A stretch of 64,000 nucleotides of DNA from Terriglobia bacterium (GCA_965218585.1 CBDCLE010000026.1:313833-377832); one strand, 5' to 3'; counted from the first letter of the stretch, positions 1 through 9,640 are shown. Program-made: numbers and translations. The notes: generated by a model not told the origin, from the letters alone.

Positions 1-1039
1 CGAAGAACAGTGGAAAACGCGTCAGGTTCACTCTGCGATTGTCGACTTCAGTCTCTGCGAAATCCGTGTTGACAGTGAAGTTGGCTTTGAGCTGCGGAGT
101 CACGCTATAGATGAAATCAACTCCAACATCTCCCTGATACAGGGAATCGACGGCTCGAAGCGTCGAGTCCGTGTACGTACCTGTCGTGTACGGCTGCACG
201 TCCAAACCCAAACCCTGACTGACATCTGAAATGCCGGTCAGCAATCCGGCATTCGACATCCGTTCAAGGCCCTGGTTCCTCGCAAAACCTGTCCACAAAC
301 TCTCTTCGTTCCGCCGCTGGAGCGTACGCTGAAAATTGATCCCCCATGCCGGCACATTGGGATCGAAGTTCACTGTCCGAAACGGAATTTCAATCTCGAT
401 CGTCCATCCGATGTCACTTTTTTGGACACTGCCGTACCAGATACCGTCCCAAGCAAGTTCGCCACCACTCCCTTCCCTATTGAAGTCGGTCACGCCACCA
501 CTGTTCATCAGGGTGTCTCTCATGGCACCGCTGGGATTCATCTCGAAAAGGTATCCGGAACGCCCGTCGAGATACGTATCGATCGTCCACCGGAACCGGT
601 CGTCGGCCGAAAGCGACGCGTCGCGTTGCATTGTGTTCGCTATGATCGCATCCGGTTCGGAGTCATAACAGATCACTCCGATGTATAGAGCGTCTTCAGT
701 GAAGAGGATTCGTACTTCCGTCGGTTGGGTCGCGGGTTCGCCGAGATCCGGATCCTGTTGGATGAAGTCGGAAGCTGGAACGGCACGTTCCCAGGCGGCT
801 TCATTCAGAAGACCATCAACATTCACGTTTTCGCCCGGACTTAGCCGGACCGCTGCGACGCGAGGCTGTCCTTCATAAAGCGAGAGGTCGTACCCTTCCA
901 AATCCGGACGGTCTTGCTGGGCTATACCGGGAATGACGGCAAAGATCCCCAAGACGCACGACAGAGGGAGGGTTCGAAAACCACGGGGCTTCAACGAGGC
1001 CCGGTGCCGTTTCGAGCCCATCCCATCAGAATCTGTCAT
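1..1039 (-). CDS. DUF5916 / CBM9-like domain secreted protein, 5' part (runs off window start); paralog of 10426..12657
   Basis: Absent from the ORF track. Manual translation of the minus strand gives MTDSDG...VRLSPGENVNVDGLLNEAAWERAVPASDFIQQDPDLGEPAT...VDNRRVNLTRFPLFF, matching ITLDGRLDEAVW and RQVNLTRFPLFF in the 10426 gene. Confidence 0.85.
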   Translation of the reverse strand, partial: MTDSDGMGSKRHRASLKPRGFRTLPLSCVLGIFAVIPGIAQQDRPDLEGYDLSLYEGQPRVAAVRLSPGENVNVDGLLNEAAWERAVPASDFIQQDPDLGEPATQPTEVRILFTEDALYIGVICYDSEPDAIIANTMQRDASLSADDRFRWTIDTYLDGRSGYLFEMNPSGAMRDTLMNSGGVTDFNREGSGGELAWDGIWYGSVQKSDIGWTIEIEIPFRTVNFDPNVPAWGINFQRTLQRRNEESLWTGFARNQGLERMSNAGLLTGISDVSQGLGLDVQPYTTGTYTDSTLRAVDSLYQGDVGVDFIYSVTPQLKANFTVNTDFAETEVDNRRVNLTRFPLFF

Positions 1040-1200
1040 TTTGAAAACGTTCGCTTAATGCTTAATGAATGTAGGTCAAGCCTGGAAAACCGATGCCACT
1101 GTGGCCGGCGCGGCATGTAGACTCAAACCTTAAAATCCTACCATGAGATCAATCCCGCTCATTCCAAAACCAAGGCGAAGAGCTTGATGGCGCTGGTGCG

Positions 1201-2616
1201 CTAGAGTGTGGGGTGGCTCTGGCTCCACGGTGTCGCACGTTCGTAGACCGCCCCGATCTGCAGTATTCGGGCTTCTGTCCAGGCGCGGCCGGCAATCTGG
1301 AGACCAATGGGCAGTCCCTCCGAGCTAAATCCGCAGGGCACAGAAACTGCAGGCGAACCTGTGAGGGAAAAAGGGGCGGTCAAACCGGCCAACAGCTCGA
1401 ACTCATTGATGGACTTGCCATCGACGGTCGCGAACGGCTCGCCGATCGGGAAGGCAACAGCGCGGTTGGTCGGGGTGACCAGCGCGTCTAGATCGCTCAT
1501 GATCCCATCGAGCTCCTGCCGCATGGCTGTCCGCAGCCGCTGCGCCCGGATGTAGTCGGTCGCAAGCATCATTTCTCCGGGTTCAACTTTCCCCCGGACG
1601 TCCCCGTAGTCGTCGGCCCGCTTGCGGAGAAAGTCTGATTGAAAAGAAGCCGCTTCTGGCCTGCTCAGAAACGGGAAAATAGTTGTGGCTTGCGAGGCGC
1701 TCGGGAATCGAACCTCTCGAACAGTGGCGCCAAGGTCTCGAAACACGTCGATGGCCGCTTCGACGGCGGCCCGCACTTCCGGATCCAGGGGCTCGAACAA
1801 ATACCCACGAGGCAACCCTATCCGAACTCCCCTCAAGTCGGTCTTCAATTCACGAGTGAAGTCGGGGACTTCGACGTTTGTCGAACCCGAGTCCTTCGGG
1901 TCGTAGCCTGAAATCGAATTCAGGACGAGAGCGGTATCTTCTACCTCGCGCGTGATGGGACCTGCATGGTCGAGGCTCCAGGACAAGGGAACGGTTCCAT
2001 ACACGCTGACCCGCCCGAAGGTTGGCTTCAGACCCACCAGGCCACACAGGGATGCCGGATAACGGATCGATGCGATGGTGTCTGTTCCCAACGCTGCGTA
2101 ACAGAAACCCGCTGAGACGGCTGCGGCTGACCCACCGCTCGACCCGCCCGGAATGCGGTCCAGTTTCCATGGATTGTGCGTCGCGCCGTAGTGAGGATTC
2201 GTCGTCGTCCCCCCGAGCGCGAGCTCATGCATGTTGAGCTTGCCTGTGATGACGGCACCGGCAGCGCGAAGCCGCGAGACTGCGGTGCCGTCTTCGGCCG
2301 GAACAAAATCGGCCAGAAGCCTGGACCCGGCTGTCGTTGGGATCCCCTCGGTCCAGTAATTGTCTTTGAGCCCGATCGGAACTCCGTGCAGGGGGCCGCG
2401 GTACTTACCGGCAGAGATCTCGCTCTCTGCGCGGCGGGCGTCGTCCATCGCCCTGTCGAAGGTGGTAGTGATGTAGGCGTTTACCCGCGGCTCAACGGCA
2501 TTGGTCCGCTCGATCGCGGCATTCAACACTTCGACAGGAGATAGTTCCCGCCGTGCGATACGTTCGGATACCTGCTTGAGAGAGAGGTAGAAGACGTTCC
2601 CACCGCCGGGACTCAT
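1201..2616 (-). CDS. Amidase-signature family amidase (GatA/AtzE-like)
   Basis: GPLHGVPIGLKD, IPGGSSGGSAAAV and LGTDTIASIRYPA (Lys-cisSer-Ser triad motifs). Confidence 0.92.
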   Translation of the reverse strand: MSPGGGNVFYLSLKQVSERIARRELSPVEVLNAAIERTNAVEPRVNAYITTTFDRAMDDARRAESEISAGKYRGPLHGVPIGLKDNYWTEGIPTTAGSRLLADFVPAEDGTAVSRLRAAGAVITGKLNMHELALGGTTTNPHYGATHNPWKLDRIPGGSSGGSAAAVSAGFCYAALGTDTIASIRYPASLCGLVGLKPTFGRVSVYGTVPLSWSLDHAGPITREVEDTALVLNSISGYDPKDSGSTNVEVPDFTRELKTDLRGVRIGLPRGYLFEPLDPEVRAAVEAAIDVFRDLGATVREVRFPSASQATTIFPFLSRPEAASFQSDFLRKRADDYGDVRGKVEPGEMMLATDYIRAQRLRTAMRQELDGIMSDLDALVTPTNRAVAFPIGEPFATVDGKSINEFELLAGLTAPFSLTGSPAVSVPCGFSSEGLPIGLQIAGRAWTEARILQIGAVYERATPWSQSHPTL

Positions 2617-2822
2617 TCCTGTTCGTCGCCGGCCTGCGGCACCGGAACCCGGAAGTTCAGATCCGGAGCCAGGTTTTCGTACCCATCAGGGCGCATCCCT
2701 CTTAACTTGGTCAGCGCGGGATCCAGATACCTGGCCAGGTCCCCGGCCCTGTCCGATTCGAGCGGCAAGCCAGCATATCGGGCTAATTCGGCTATAAGTT
2801 CAGGCGTCACTTTTTCGGTCAT
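2613..2822 (-). CDS. Small amidase partner protein (GatC/AtzG-like)
   Basis: About 69 aa (ELARYAGLPLESDRA); its stop overlaps the amidase start (ATGA). Confidence 0.6.
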   Translation of the reverse strand: MTEKVTPELIAELARYAGLPLESDRAGDLARYLDPALTKLRGMRPDGYENLAPDLNFRVPVPQAGDEQE

Positions 2823-2955
2823 TTTGCTTTCCAACCCCTCACATCCTACACTGGCTCCACATGAGCCGCCAGGCTGATGCTGGCCTCATGGCTAAGGGCT
2901 GCGACTACTGCCTACCGGATCAATCCGAAGTCAGAAGCCCGATTGGAACGATCGA

Positions 2956-3531
2956 ATGAAACTCATCGTCGGCATTACAGGCGCAACCGGAACAATCCTT
3001 GGAGTCCGCCTGTTGGAAACACTTCGGCAATCCAAAATCGAAAGCCACCTCGTCATGAGCAAGTGGGGCGCGCGCACGCTTGCCCACGAGACCTCACATA
3101 CGATCGATGAAGTCAAAGCACTCGCCACCCATACCTATCCCGAGAACGCTCAGGGCGCGCCCATTTCGAGCGGTTCGTTCGTCACCGATGGAATGATCGT
3201 CGCACCGTGCAGCGTCCGGTCCCTGGCGGCCATCGCCCATGGCCACGGAGACAATCTCATTCATCGCGCAGCCGACGTTGTGCTCAAGGAAAAACGGAAA
3301 CTCGTTCTGATGGTCCGGGAATCACCGCTCGGTGAAATCCATCTCGAAAACATGTTGAAGCTCTCGCGGATGGGGGTTGTCATAGTTCCCCCGGTGCCCT
3401 CCTTCTACAACCGTCCCGAAAACCTGGACTCTGTCGTCGACCATATCGTTATGCGCGCCCTGGACCAGTTCGGCATTCACACAGAACTGTCAAAGCGATG
3501 GGACGGTAAACTCGGCGGAACTCGGCGGTAG
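2956..3531 (+). CDS. ubiX: Flavin prenyltransferase UbiX
   Basis: IVGITGATG, APISSGS, RAADVVLKEKRKLVLMVRESPL and PSFYNRP motifs. Confidence 0.95.
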   Translation: MKLIVGITGATGTILGVRLLETLRQSKIESHLVMSKWGARTLAHETSHTIDEVKALATHTYPENAQGAPISSGSFVTDGMIVAPCSVRSLAAIAHGHGDNLIHRAADVVLKEKRKLVLMVRESPLGEIHLENMLKLSRMGVVIVPPVPSFYNRPENLDSVVDHIVMRALDQFGIHTELSKRWDGKLGGTRR

Positions 3532-3561
3532 GAGCTTGAGGCTGAACCAGGCAGGGATACG

Positions 3562-4629
3562 CTATGACTCTTTCCGGCGCGCCCTGACGGCACCGGCAAG
3601 CTCGTCCAATACCGGGACCGTGTCTTCCCAGCCGATGCAGGCATCGGTAATGCTCTGGCCGTAGACCAGATCCTGGCCCGGTTCCAGATCCTGGCGGCCG
3701 CCTTTCAGATGGCTTTCAACCATCACACCGAATATCCGGGCGTCTCCGCCGGCGATCTGGGAGGCGACGTCGCTGCCGACCTCGATCTGACGCATGTGTT
3801 CTTTCCGACTGTTGGAATGGCTCAGATCGATCATCACGCGTTCCCCCAGCCCGGCTTCCGCTAGCTGTTTGGACGCCCCGGCCACACTCGCTCGATCGTA
3901 GTTCGGTTCCTTGCCACCGCGCAGGATGAGATGACAGTCTTCGTTACCACTCGTCGATACGATCGCCGAGTGGCCGGCCTTGGTCACAGACAGAAAATGG
4001 TGCGGATTCTGGGAAGTTCGGATCGCGTCCACTGCGATCTTCAGATTACCGTCGGTTCCGTTCTTGAACCCGACCGGGCACGACAACCCGGACGCAAGTT
4101 CTCTATGAACCTGGCTTTCAGTAGTGCGCGCGCCGATCGCTCCCCAACTCACCAGGTCGGCAATGTATTGGGGTGAAATCATATCCAGGTATTCGACGCC
4201 CGCCGGCATCCCCATTTCGTTGAGTTCCAGAAGCAGCTGCCGGCCAATCCGTATACCCTCGTTGATCTGAAAACTGCCATCGAGGTGCGGATCGTTGATC
4301 AGGCCCTTCCAGCCGACGGTCGTCCGCGGCTTCTCAAAGTACACCCGCATGACGAGGAGTACATCTCCGGCCAGTCGATCTTTTTCGGCTTTGAGCCGCC
4401 CGGCATACTCGAGTGCAGCCCTCGGATCATGGATCGAACAGGGGCCCACGATCGCGAGTATCCGGTCGTCATCTCCATGCAGTATCTGATGAATCGCCTC
4501 GCGGGTCTCGTATGTAAGCTTCGCTACAGCCTCGGTGATGGGGAATTCGCGCAGCACGTGACTTGGAGGCGACAGCTCTTTGATTTCGGCAACGCGAAGG
4601 TCGTCGGTCCTGTGGAGCATCTCGGTCAT
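3562..4629 (-). CDS. aroG: DAHP synthase, type I-alpha
   Basis: GPCSIHD, RVYFEKPRTTVGWKGLINDP, GAIGARTTESQVHRELASG and DLSHSNS motifs. Confidence 0.95.
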   Translation of the reverse strand: MTEMLHRTDDLRVAEIKELSPPSHVLREFPITEAVAKLTYETREAIHQILHGDDDRILAIVGPCSIHDPRAALEYAGRLKAEKDRLAGDVLLVMRVYFEKPRTTVGWKGLINDPHLDGSFQINEGIRIGRQLLLELNEMGMPAGVEYLDMISPQYIADLVSWGAIGARTTESQVHRELASGLSCPVGFKNGTDGNLKIAVDAIRTSQNPHHFLSVTKAGHSAIVSTSGNEDCHLILRGGKEPNYDRASVAGASKQLAEAGLGERVMIDLSHSNSRKEHMRQIEVGSDVASQIAGGDARIFGVMVESHLKGGRQDLEPGQDLVYGQSITDACIGWEDTVPVLDELAGAVRARRKES

Positions 4630-4642
4630 AGTTCAATCGACC

Positions 4643-4648
4643 ATTATA
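4643..4648 (-). promoter_or_regulatory. Possible sigma70 -10 box (TATAAT) for aroG
   Basis: Exact TATAAT 13 nt upstream of the aroG ATG; no obvious Shine-Dalgarno between them. Confidence 0.4.
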
Positions 4649-4682
4649 GACAAAACGGGATTGAAGTTTGTAATGGGTGGAG

Positions 4683-4916
4683 TGAAGGGGGCGTCTGAAT
4701 GCGACCAACCATGATTCGATCGCCCCTTTTCATCAGTCATTCGACTGACGCCTCGGCTTTGCCTCGTTGTCCCCCCGCACGGAGGAACCGTGCGGGGCCT
4801 CTTGTTCTCTAGCGCACCATTCCGCTTCTTCCCAAGAGGGCTCGCGATCACGATGATCGCGAGCGTCGCCGGTCGTTCGGACAGGATGTCCGAATGAACG
4901 ACCGAGCGAAATCTTC
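4683..4916. ncRNA. Multi-hairpin structured intergenic element, copy 1 (candidate ncRNA or MITE-like repeat)
   Basis: Six consecutive stems: 4683-4732, 4733-4748, 4773-4797, 4798-4839, 4840-4864 and 4870-4904. The segment 4840-4916 aligns without gaps to 36723-36799, with compensatory changes. Confidence 0.65.
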
Positions 4917-4957
4917 CACGACCGCACACCTTCGCACTGTTAGGCCCCCCCCGATTC

Positions 4958-5365
4958 TCAAGTCTCTAATCCGCCAATCGCCGCGTTCGCCACTTGCTCG
5001 TCCTCGGCGGACTTTACACCGCTCACACCGACAGCTCCGAGGACCTTACCGTCGACCACTACCGGAACACCTCCCTGGATTGGAACGATGCCGTCCACAG
5101 CCATGAAACCGGGCCGGGGACCTGTGACCATCTCCTCCACTTCCTTTGAAGTTCGGCTGAAATTGGCAGCTGTCCGTGCCTTTCCGATGGCCACGGCGAG
5201 GCTTCCGGTCTGGACCCCGTCCATCCTCTGGAACATGATCAGGTTCGCCGCTCGATCGACAATGGCAACGGCAACCGTCCAGTTGTTATCGCGGGCCTCG
5301 ACTTCAGCCGCCGCCATCATGGCCTGTGCGCCTTCTAACGTGATGAATTGATTAGTTCCAAGCAT
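4958..5365 (-). CDS. GlcG/HbpS family heme-binding protein
   Basis: VAVAIVD..NLIMFQRMDG, AIGKARTA and GGVPVVVDGKVLGAVGVSG motifs; start set to MLGTNQ. Confidence 0.9.
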   Translation of the reverse strand: MLGTNQFITLEGAQAMMAAAEVEARDNNWTVAVAIVDRAANLIMFQRMDGVQTGSLAVAIGKARTAANFSRTSKEVEEMVTGPRPGFMAVDGIVPIQGGVPVVVDGKVLGAVGVSGVKSAEDEQVANAAIGGLET

Positions 5366-5538
5366 GCTTTTCGACTCCTTAGACAGATGGTCATTCGTAA
5401 GACTCCGGATAGAGGTGTTCGTTGCTATTGTGACGACTGATTCTGCCCTGAAACACGTGACCATTTCCATAAGACACTGATATTACTCGCATTCGATGTC
5501 TGGACAGACTGTTGCACATTACTCCCCTGGAGCGCGAT

Positions 5539-5952
5539 ATGAAAACGCAGATTTCAGCAAACGAGTTACTCAAGCGCTACACACGGACACTCCTGCCTAC
5601 AGTGAGGCCCTCGCCCGGGGACGGTTTCCTATCTTCAGAGGGTCTGTCAGCAGCGAAAAGGATCGAATCAGGGGCACGGTTGTCGAAAACATCCTCTGCC
5701 ACAACGTCGTCGTCAAGAGCGAGATCGAAGAGCTGTCCGCCTGAGTTTCGACGAGCATTTCGGCAACGAACTCGGGAACCTCAATGAATTCGAAAGAGAC
5801 GTCCTTGTAGGGATGGAATCGGGAACGATCAAGGTGACTCCGACAGGCCGCCTGTTCATCCGGCGAATAGCCCAGGTTTTCGATCAGTATCACGCCGCAG
5901 CAGTCGCGTCCCAAACCGTAAAAAAAGGGGTCTTCCGAAAACCCTGCCATAG
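5539..5952 (+). pseudogene. hemN: Remnant of oxygen-independent coproporphyrinogen III oxidase (radical-SAM core missing, frameshifted)
   Basis: N-terminal MKTQISANELLKRY is joined to C-terminal-domain fragments YSEALARGRFPIFRG..DRIRGTVVENILCH and FDEHFGNELGNLNEFERD..IKVTPTGRLFIRRIAQVFDQY, spread across frames. Confidence 0.75.
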
Positions 5953-6056
5953 TCGTCAGAGTCCCCCTAAAATCTGCCGTTTCCGAGATCGGCTGTTGTA
6001 TAGTTTTCGAGTCGCGACGCGGAAATTTTTTGTCTTTGTTGTCAGAAGGAACAGGT

Positions 6057-7721
6057 ATGAGTTCGAATCACAGAAGGGAGCCCACTGGGATGAACCGGCG
6101 GACGTTCCTTGGGACAGGAGCAATGGCCGCGGCGGGTCTGCTTGTGGGTGGCAAGCCGGCAAACTACGCCTCAGCCCAAGACATGCGTTTGACCACAGCG
6201 GGCGGCACCGTGAGGACCCAGGCCGGACGCGTCCGGGGTCCCCTGAAGGACGGCGTCCATCAGTTCTGGGGCGTGCCCTATGGCGCGCCGACCGACGGTA
6301 TGAACCGTTTCATGCCCCCTCAAAAGCCGGCGCCCTGGTCCGGTGTTCGTGACCATTTCCAGCTTGGCTTCAGGGCACCGCAAGCACCCGGAGCCAGCGA
6401 ATCCGCCCCTGTTGTCTTCGCATTGAATCGAGGAACCCGGGACGGCGAAGATTCTCTGACGACGAACATATTCACGCCCGGTCTGGACAACCAGAACCGA
6501 CCGGTGATGGTCTGGTTGCACGGAGGCGGCTTCACTGGCGGGTCGGGAAACTTCCTCCTATACGACGGCACGAACCTGGCCAAGAAGGAAGACGTCGTCG
6601 TTGTCGTCGTCAATCACCGCCTGAACATCTTCGGATTCCTCCACCTGGCAGATATCGGCGGCGACAAGTGGGCGCAGTCGACCAACACGGGCGTGCAGGA
6701 TCTTGTCGCAACATTAGAGTGGGTCCGGGACAATATCGAGAATTTCGGCGGAAATCCCGATAACGTCACGATCATGGGTCAGTCAGGTGGCGGAGGAAAG
6801 ACCACGACGCTGATGGCCATGCCCTCAGCCCAGGGCCTGTTCCATCGCTCGATCGCCCAGAGCGGTTCGGCCTTCAGGGGCACGCTGGCCTCGGACGCGG
6901 GCGAAGGCGCCGAACGCTCTCTCGCCAAGCTCGGACTCGGAACCCACCAGTTGGATGAGCTTCAACGAATCAGCGTGGCCCAGATCCAGGATGCCTTCTA
7001 CAGTGAACCGCGGATCCGTGGCCTGGGTAATGGCCCTGTCATCGACGGTAACATCATCCCGCGCCACCAATGGGATACAACCGCACCCGCGTATTCTGCG
7101 AATGTCCCCCTGATGATGGGTTCGACCGAAACCGAGAACGGCTGGGTCGGCCCGCCACCATTCGATCTGTCGGACGAGGACATGCTCGATCGGTTCACCA
7201 CACGGCTGGCGAATGACGATCCGGCAAGGGGACAGGGGTTGCTCGAACTCTATAAACGACTCCATCCGGAAAAGAGAAACCAGATACTATGGCTGACGGC
7301 AGAATCGGACAACTCGCGGCGGTGGAACGCTCAATCCCTGGGGCGGCTGAAGTATGACCAGGGAACAGCTCCCAGCTACCTGTATTTCTTCGACTGGTAT
7401 TCGCCGGTACACGACAACCGGATGGGCGCTTACCACACGCTGGATATTCCCTTCGTGTTCTACAACGTGGACATCGCGGCGTCGATGTTGGGCTCGGCCC
7501 AGTCGCGCTACCCACTGGGACACGTGATGAGCGCGGCATGGGCCGCGTTTGCCAGAAACGGGAACCCGGACCATGCGGACATGCCACACTGGCCGGCGTT
7601 CAACCCGAATGAGTACCCGACGATGATCCTGGGCGACAACGTCCGGGTTGAAAACGACCCCAACCACGAAGAGAGGATGGCCCTGGCCGACTTGCGGGGA
7701 AGCGAACTGAGCGACGACTAA
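6057..7721 (+). CDS. Tat-exported type-B carboxylesterase (pNB esterase-like), paralog 1
   Basis: NRRTFL twin-arginine signal; WLHGGGF, GQSGGG nucleophile elbow and GAYHTLDIPFVF. Confidence 0.92.
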   Translation: MSSNHRREPTGMNRRTFLGTGAMAAAGLLVGGKPANYASAQDMRLTTAGGTVRTQAGRVRGPLKDGVHQFWGVPYGAPTDGMNRFMPPQKPAPWSGVRDHFQLGFRAPQAPGASESAPVVFALNRGTRDGEDSLTTNIFTPGLDNQNRPVMVWLHGGGFTGGSGNFLLYDGTNLAKKEDVVVVVVNHRLNIFGFLHLADIGGDKWAQSTNTGVQDLVATLEWVRDNIENFGGNPDNVTIMGQSGGGGKTTTLMAMPSAQGLFHRSIAQSGSAFRGTLASDAGEGAERSLAKLGLGTHQLDELQRISVAQIQDAFYSEPRIRGLGNGPVIDGNIIPRHQWDTTAPAYSANVPLMMGSTETENGWVGPPPFDLSDEDMLDRFTTRLANDDPARGQGLLELYKRLHPEKRNQILWLTAESDNSRRWNAQSLGRLKYDQGTAPSYLYFFDWYSPVHDNRMGAYHTLDIPFVFYNVDIAASMLGSAQSRYPLGHVMSAAWAAFARNGNPDHADMPHWPAFNPNEYPTMILGDNVRVENDPNHEERMALADLRGSELSDD

Positions 7722-7734
7722 AAATTGATTTTTT

Positions 7735-7805
7735 CTGTAGGTGCTGTCTATGACCGCACGTTTACGATTCGCAAACTTTTGTGCGGTCATAGACCGCACC
7801 TACAG
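7735..7805. repeat. GTAG-type REP doublet (REPIN-like)
   Basis: CTGTAGGTGCTGTCTATGACCGCAC...GTGCGGTCATAGACCGCACCTACAG inverted pair. Confidence 0.85.
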
Positions 7806-7819
7806 TTTTGTCAGGAGGT

Positions 7820-9487
7820 ATGAGCATGAGTTCGAAACGTGACAAGGAGCGGTCCGGGATGGATCGACGAACTTTTCTCGGAACGGGAGCCATGGCCGCG
7901 GCAGGCCTGCTTGTTGGGAGTAGGACAACTCAGGCTTCGGCCCAGGATATGCGACTGACAACTATGGGCCACACGGTGTCGACCCGGTCGGGGCGGGTTC
8001 GGGGTCTCGTCAAGGACGGTGTCCAACAGTTCTGGGGTGTGCCCTACGGAGCACCCACCGATGGAATGAACCGCTTCATGCCTCCGGAAAAGCCAGCACC
8101 GTGGTCCGGTGTCCACGACCACTTCCAGATCGGCCACAGAGCACCCCTTGCGCCCGGTGCCGGGCCGCCGGCTCCCGTCGTCCTAGCACTGGACCGAAGA
8201 GACGAGGAGGGCGAAGACTGCCTCAGCGTCAACGTGTTCACGCCGGGTACGGACAACAAAGCCCGGCCGGTGATGGTGTGGATGCACGGCGGTGGATTCT
8301 CAGGAGGAGGGGGAAACTACCTCCTCTACGACGGGACGAACCTGGCCAAGAAAGAGGACGTGGTCGTGGTGGTGGTCAACCACCGCCTGAACATCTTCGG
8401 ATTCCTGCATCTGGCGGATATCGGCGGCGACAAGTGGGCACGGTCGACCAACATGGGTGTTCAGGATCTGGTCGCAACATTGGAGTGGGTCCGGGACAAC
8501 ATCGAAAACTTCGGGGGCAATCCGGATAACGTAACGATCTTCGGTCAATCCGGAGGCGGCAGCAAGACGACGACGCTGATGGCCATGCCCTCGGCTGAAG
8601 ATCTGTTCCATCGCTCGATTGCCCAGAGCGGTTCCGCGTTCACCGGCACACTTGCATCAGACGCCAGCGAAGCGGCCAAACGGTTCATTCGAAAGCTCGG
8701 ACTGAACACCAGCCAGTTGGACCAACTTCAGAGGCTGCATTTCAGAGAGATCCAGGACGCGTTTTACAGCGATCCCCGGATTCCACGATTGGGCTCGGGC
8801 CCGGTAATCGATGGCACGATAATCCCGCGGCACCAGTGGGATCCAACCGCTCCGTCCTACTCGGCGAACGTGCCACTGATGATGGGTTCCACCGAAACCG
8901 AAGACGGCTGGAGTGGGCCGCCACCATTTGAACTGACTGACCGAGACATGCTGGATCGGTTCGTCACGCGGCTGGCCAACAGCGATGCGACCAGGGGGCA
9001 GGAGTTGCTCGATCTCTACAAGCGGCTCCATCCCGAGAAACGAAACCAGATGCTGTGGCTCACGGCAGAGTCGGACAACTCGCGGCGCTTCAGAGCACAG
9101 ACCCTGGGCAGGCTCAAGCACGAACAGGGCGCGGCCCTCAGTTACCTGTACTTCCTCGACTGGCATTCGCCGGTACACGACAACCGGATGGGCGCCTACC
9201 ATACTTTGGACATTCCGTTCGTCTTCTACAACATGGATATCGGCGCATCGATGACGGGCTCTTCTCAGTCGCGTTACGAACTTGCTCATGTGATGAGTGC
9301 CGCCTGGGCCGCGTTCGCCAGAAACGGCAACCCGAACCATGCAGACATGCCGAACTGGCCGGCGTTCAACCCCACCGACTACCCGACGATGATGTTTGGC
9401 GATGAGGTCAGACTCGTCAACGATCCGAACCGGGAAGAGCGCCTGGCGTTGGATAATTTACGTGGAAGTGAGCTGAGCGACGACTAG
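7820..9487 (+). CDS. Tat-exported type-B carboxylesterase, paralog 2
   Basis: DRRTFL signal, EDCLSVNV and GQSGGG; highly similar to paralog 1, with the same C-terminus LRGSELSDD; GGAGG RBS. Confidence 0.92.
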   Translation: MSMSSKRDKERSGMDRRTFLGTGAMAAAGLLVGSRTTQASAQDMRLTTMGHTVSTRSGRVRGLVKDGVQQFWGVPYGAPTDGMNRFMPPEKPAPWSGVHDHFQIGHRAPLAPGAGPPAPVVLALDRRDEEGEDCLSVNVFTPGTDNKARPVMVWMHGGGFSGGGGNYLLYDGTNLAKKEDVVVVVVNHRLNIFGFLHLADIGGDKWARSTNMGVQDLVATLEWVRDNIENFGGNPDNVTIFGQSGGGSKTTTLMAMPSAEDLFHRSIAQSGSAFTGTLASDASEAAKRFIRKLGLNTSQLDQLQRLHFREIQDAFYSDPRIPRLGSGPVIDGTIIPRHQWDPTAPSYSANVPLMMGSTETEDGWSGPPPFELTDRDMLDRFVTRLANSDATRGQELLDLYKRLHPEKRNQMLWLTAESDNSRRFRAQTLGRLKHEQGAALSYLYFLDWHSPVHDNRMGAYHTLDIPFVFYNMDIGASMTGSSQSRYELAHVMSAAWAAFARNGNPNHADMPNWPAFNPTDYPTMMFGDEVRLVNDPNREERLALDNLRGSELSDD

Positions 9488-9510
9488 CGGCCCCTGCGAC
9501 TGGATGGATT

Positions 9511-9543
9511 CCGGAATCTGAGAATTCCCTTCTCAGGTTCCGG
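9511..9543. terminator. Stem-loop after esterase 2 (terminator or mRNA stabiliser)
   Basis: CCGGAATCTGAGAA-TTCCC-TTCTCAGGTTCCGG; no clear U-tract. Confidence 0.45.
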
Positions 9544-9640
9544 CTCCAGGCAGTTACCCACCCGGCTCGAATATCTTTTGGTATAGTCTGAAGACATCAG
9601 AAATCCGGTATTCTGTCCCCCTAATTCAGAGAGGAGAAGC

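Noticed and set aside
1201-2822. gatCA of the Glu/Asp-tRNA amidotransferase
   Set aside because: No gatB, and the amidase has TDTIAS instead of the GatA SDTGGSIRQP pattern
4770-4930. Group II intron fragment (GTGCG on the minus strand, GCACGGTTC..GGGGGG)
   Set aside because: No recognisable domain V (catalytic triad, GNRA loop) and no RT gene
4700-4945. attC site suggested by GTTAGGC at 4939-4945
   Set aside because: No well-matched complementary core within normal attC length, and no integrase or cassette array
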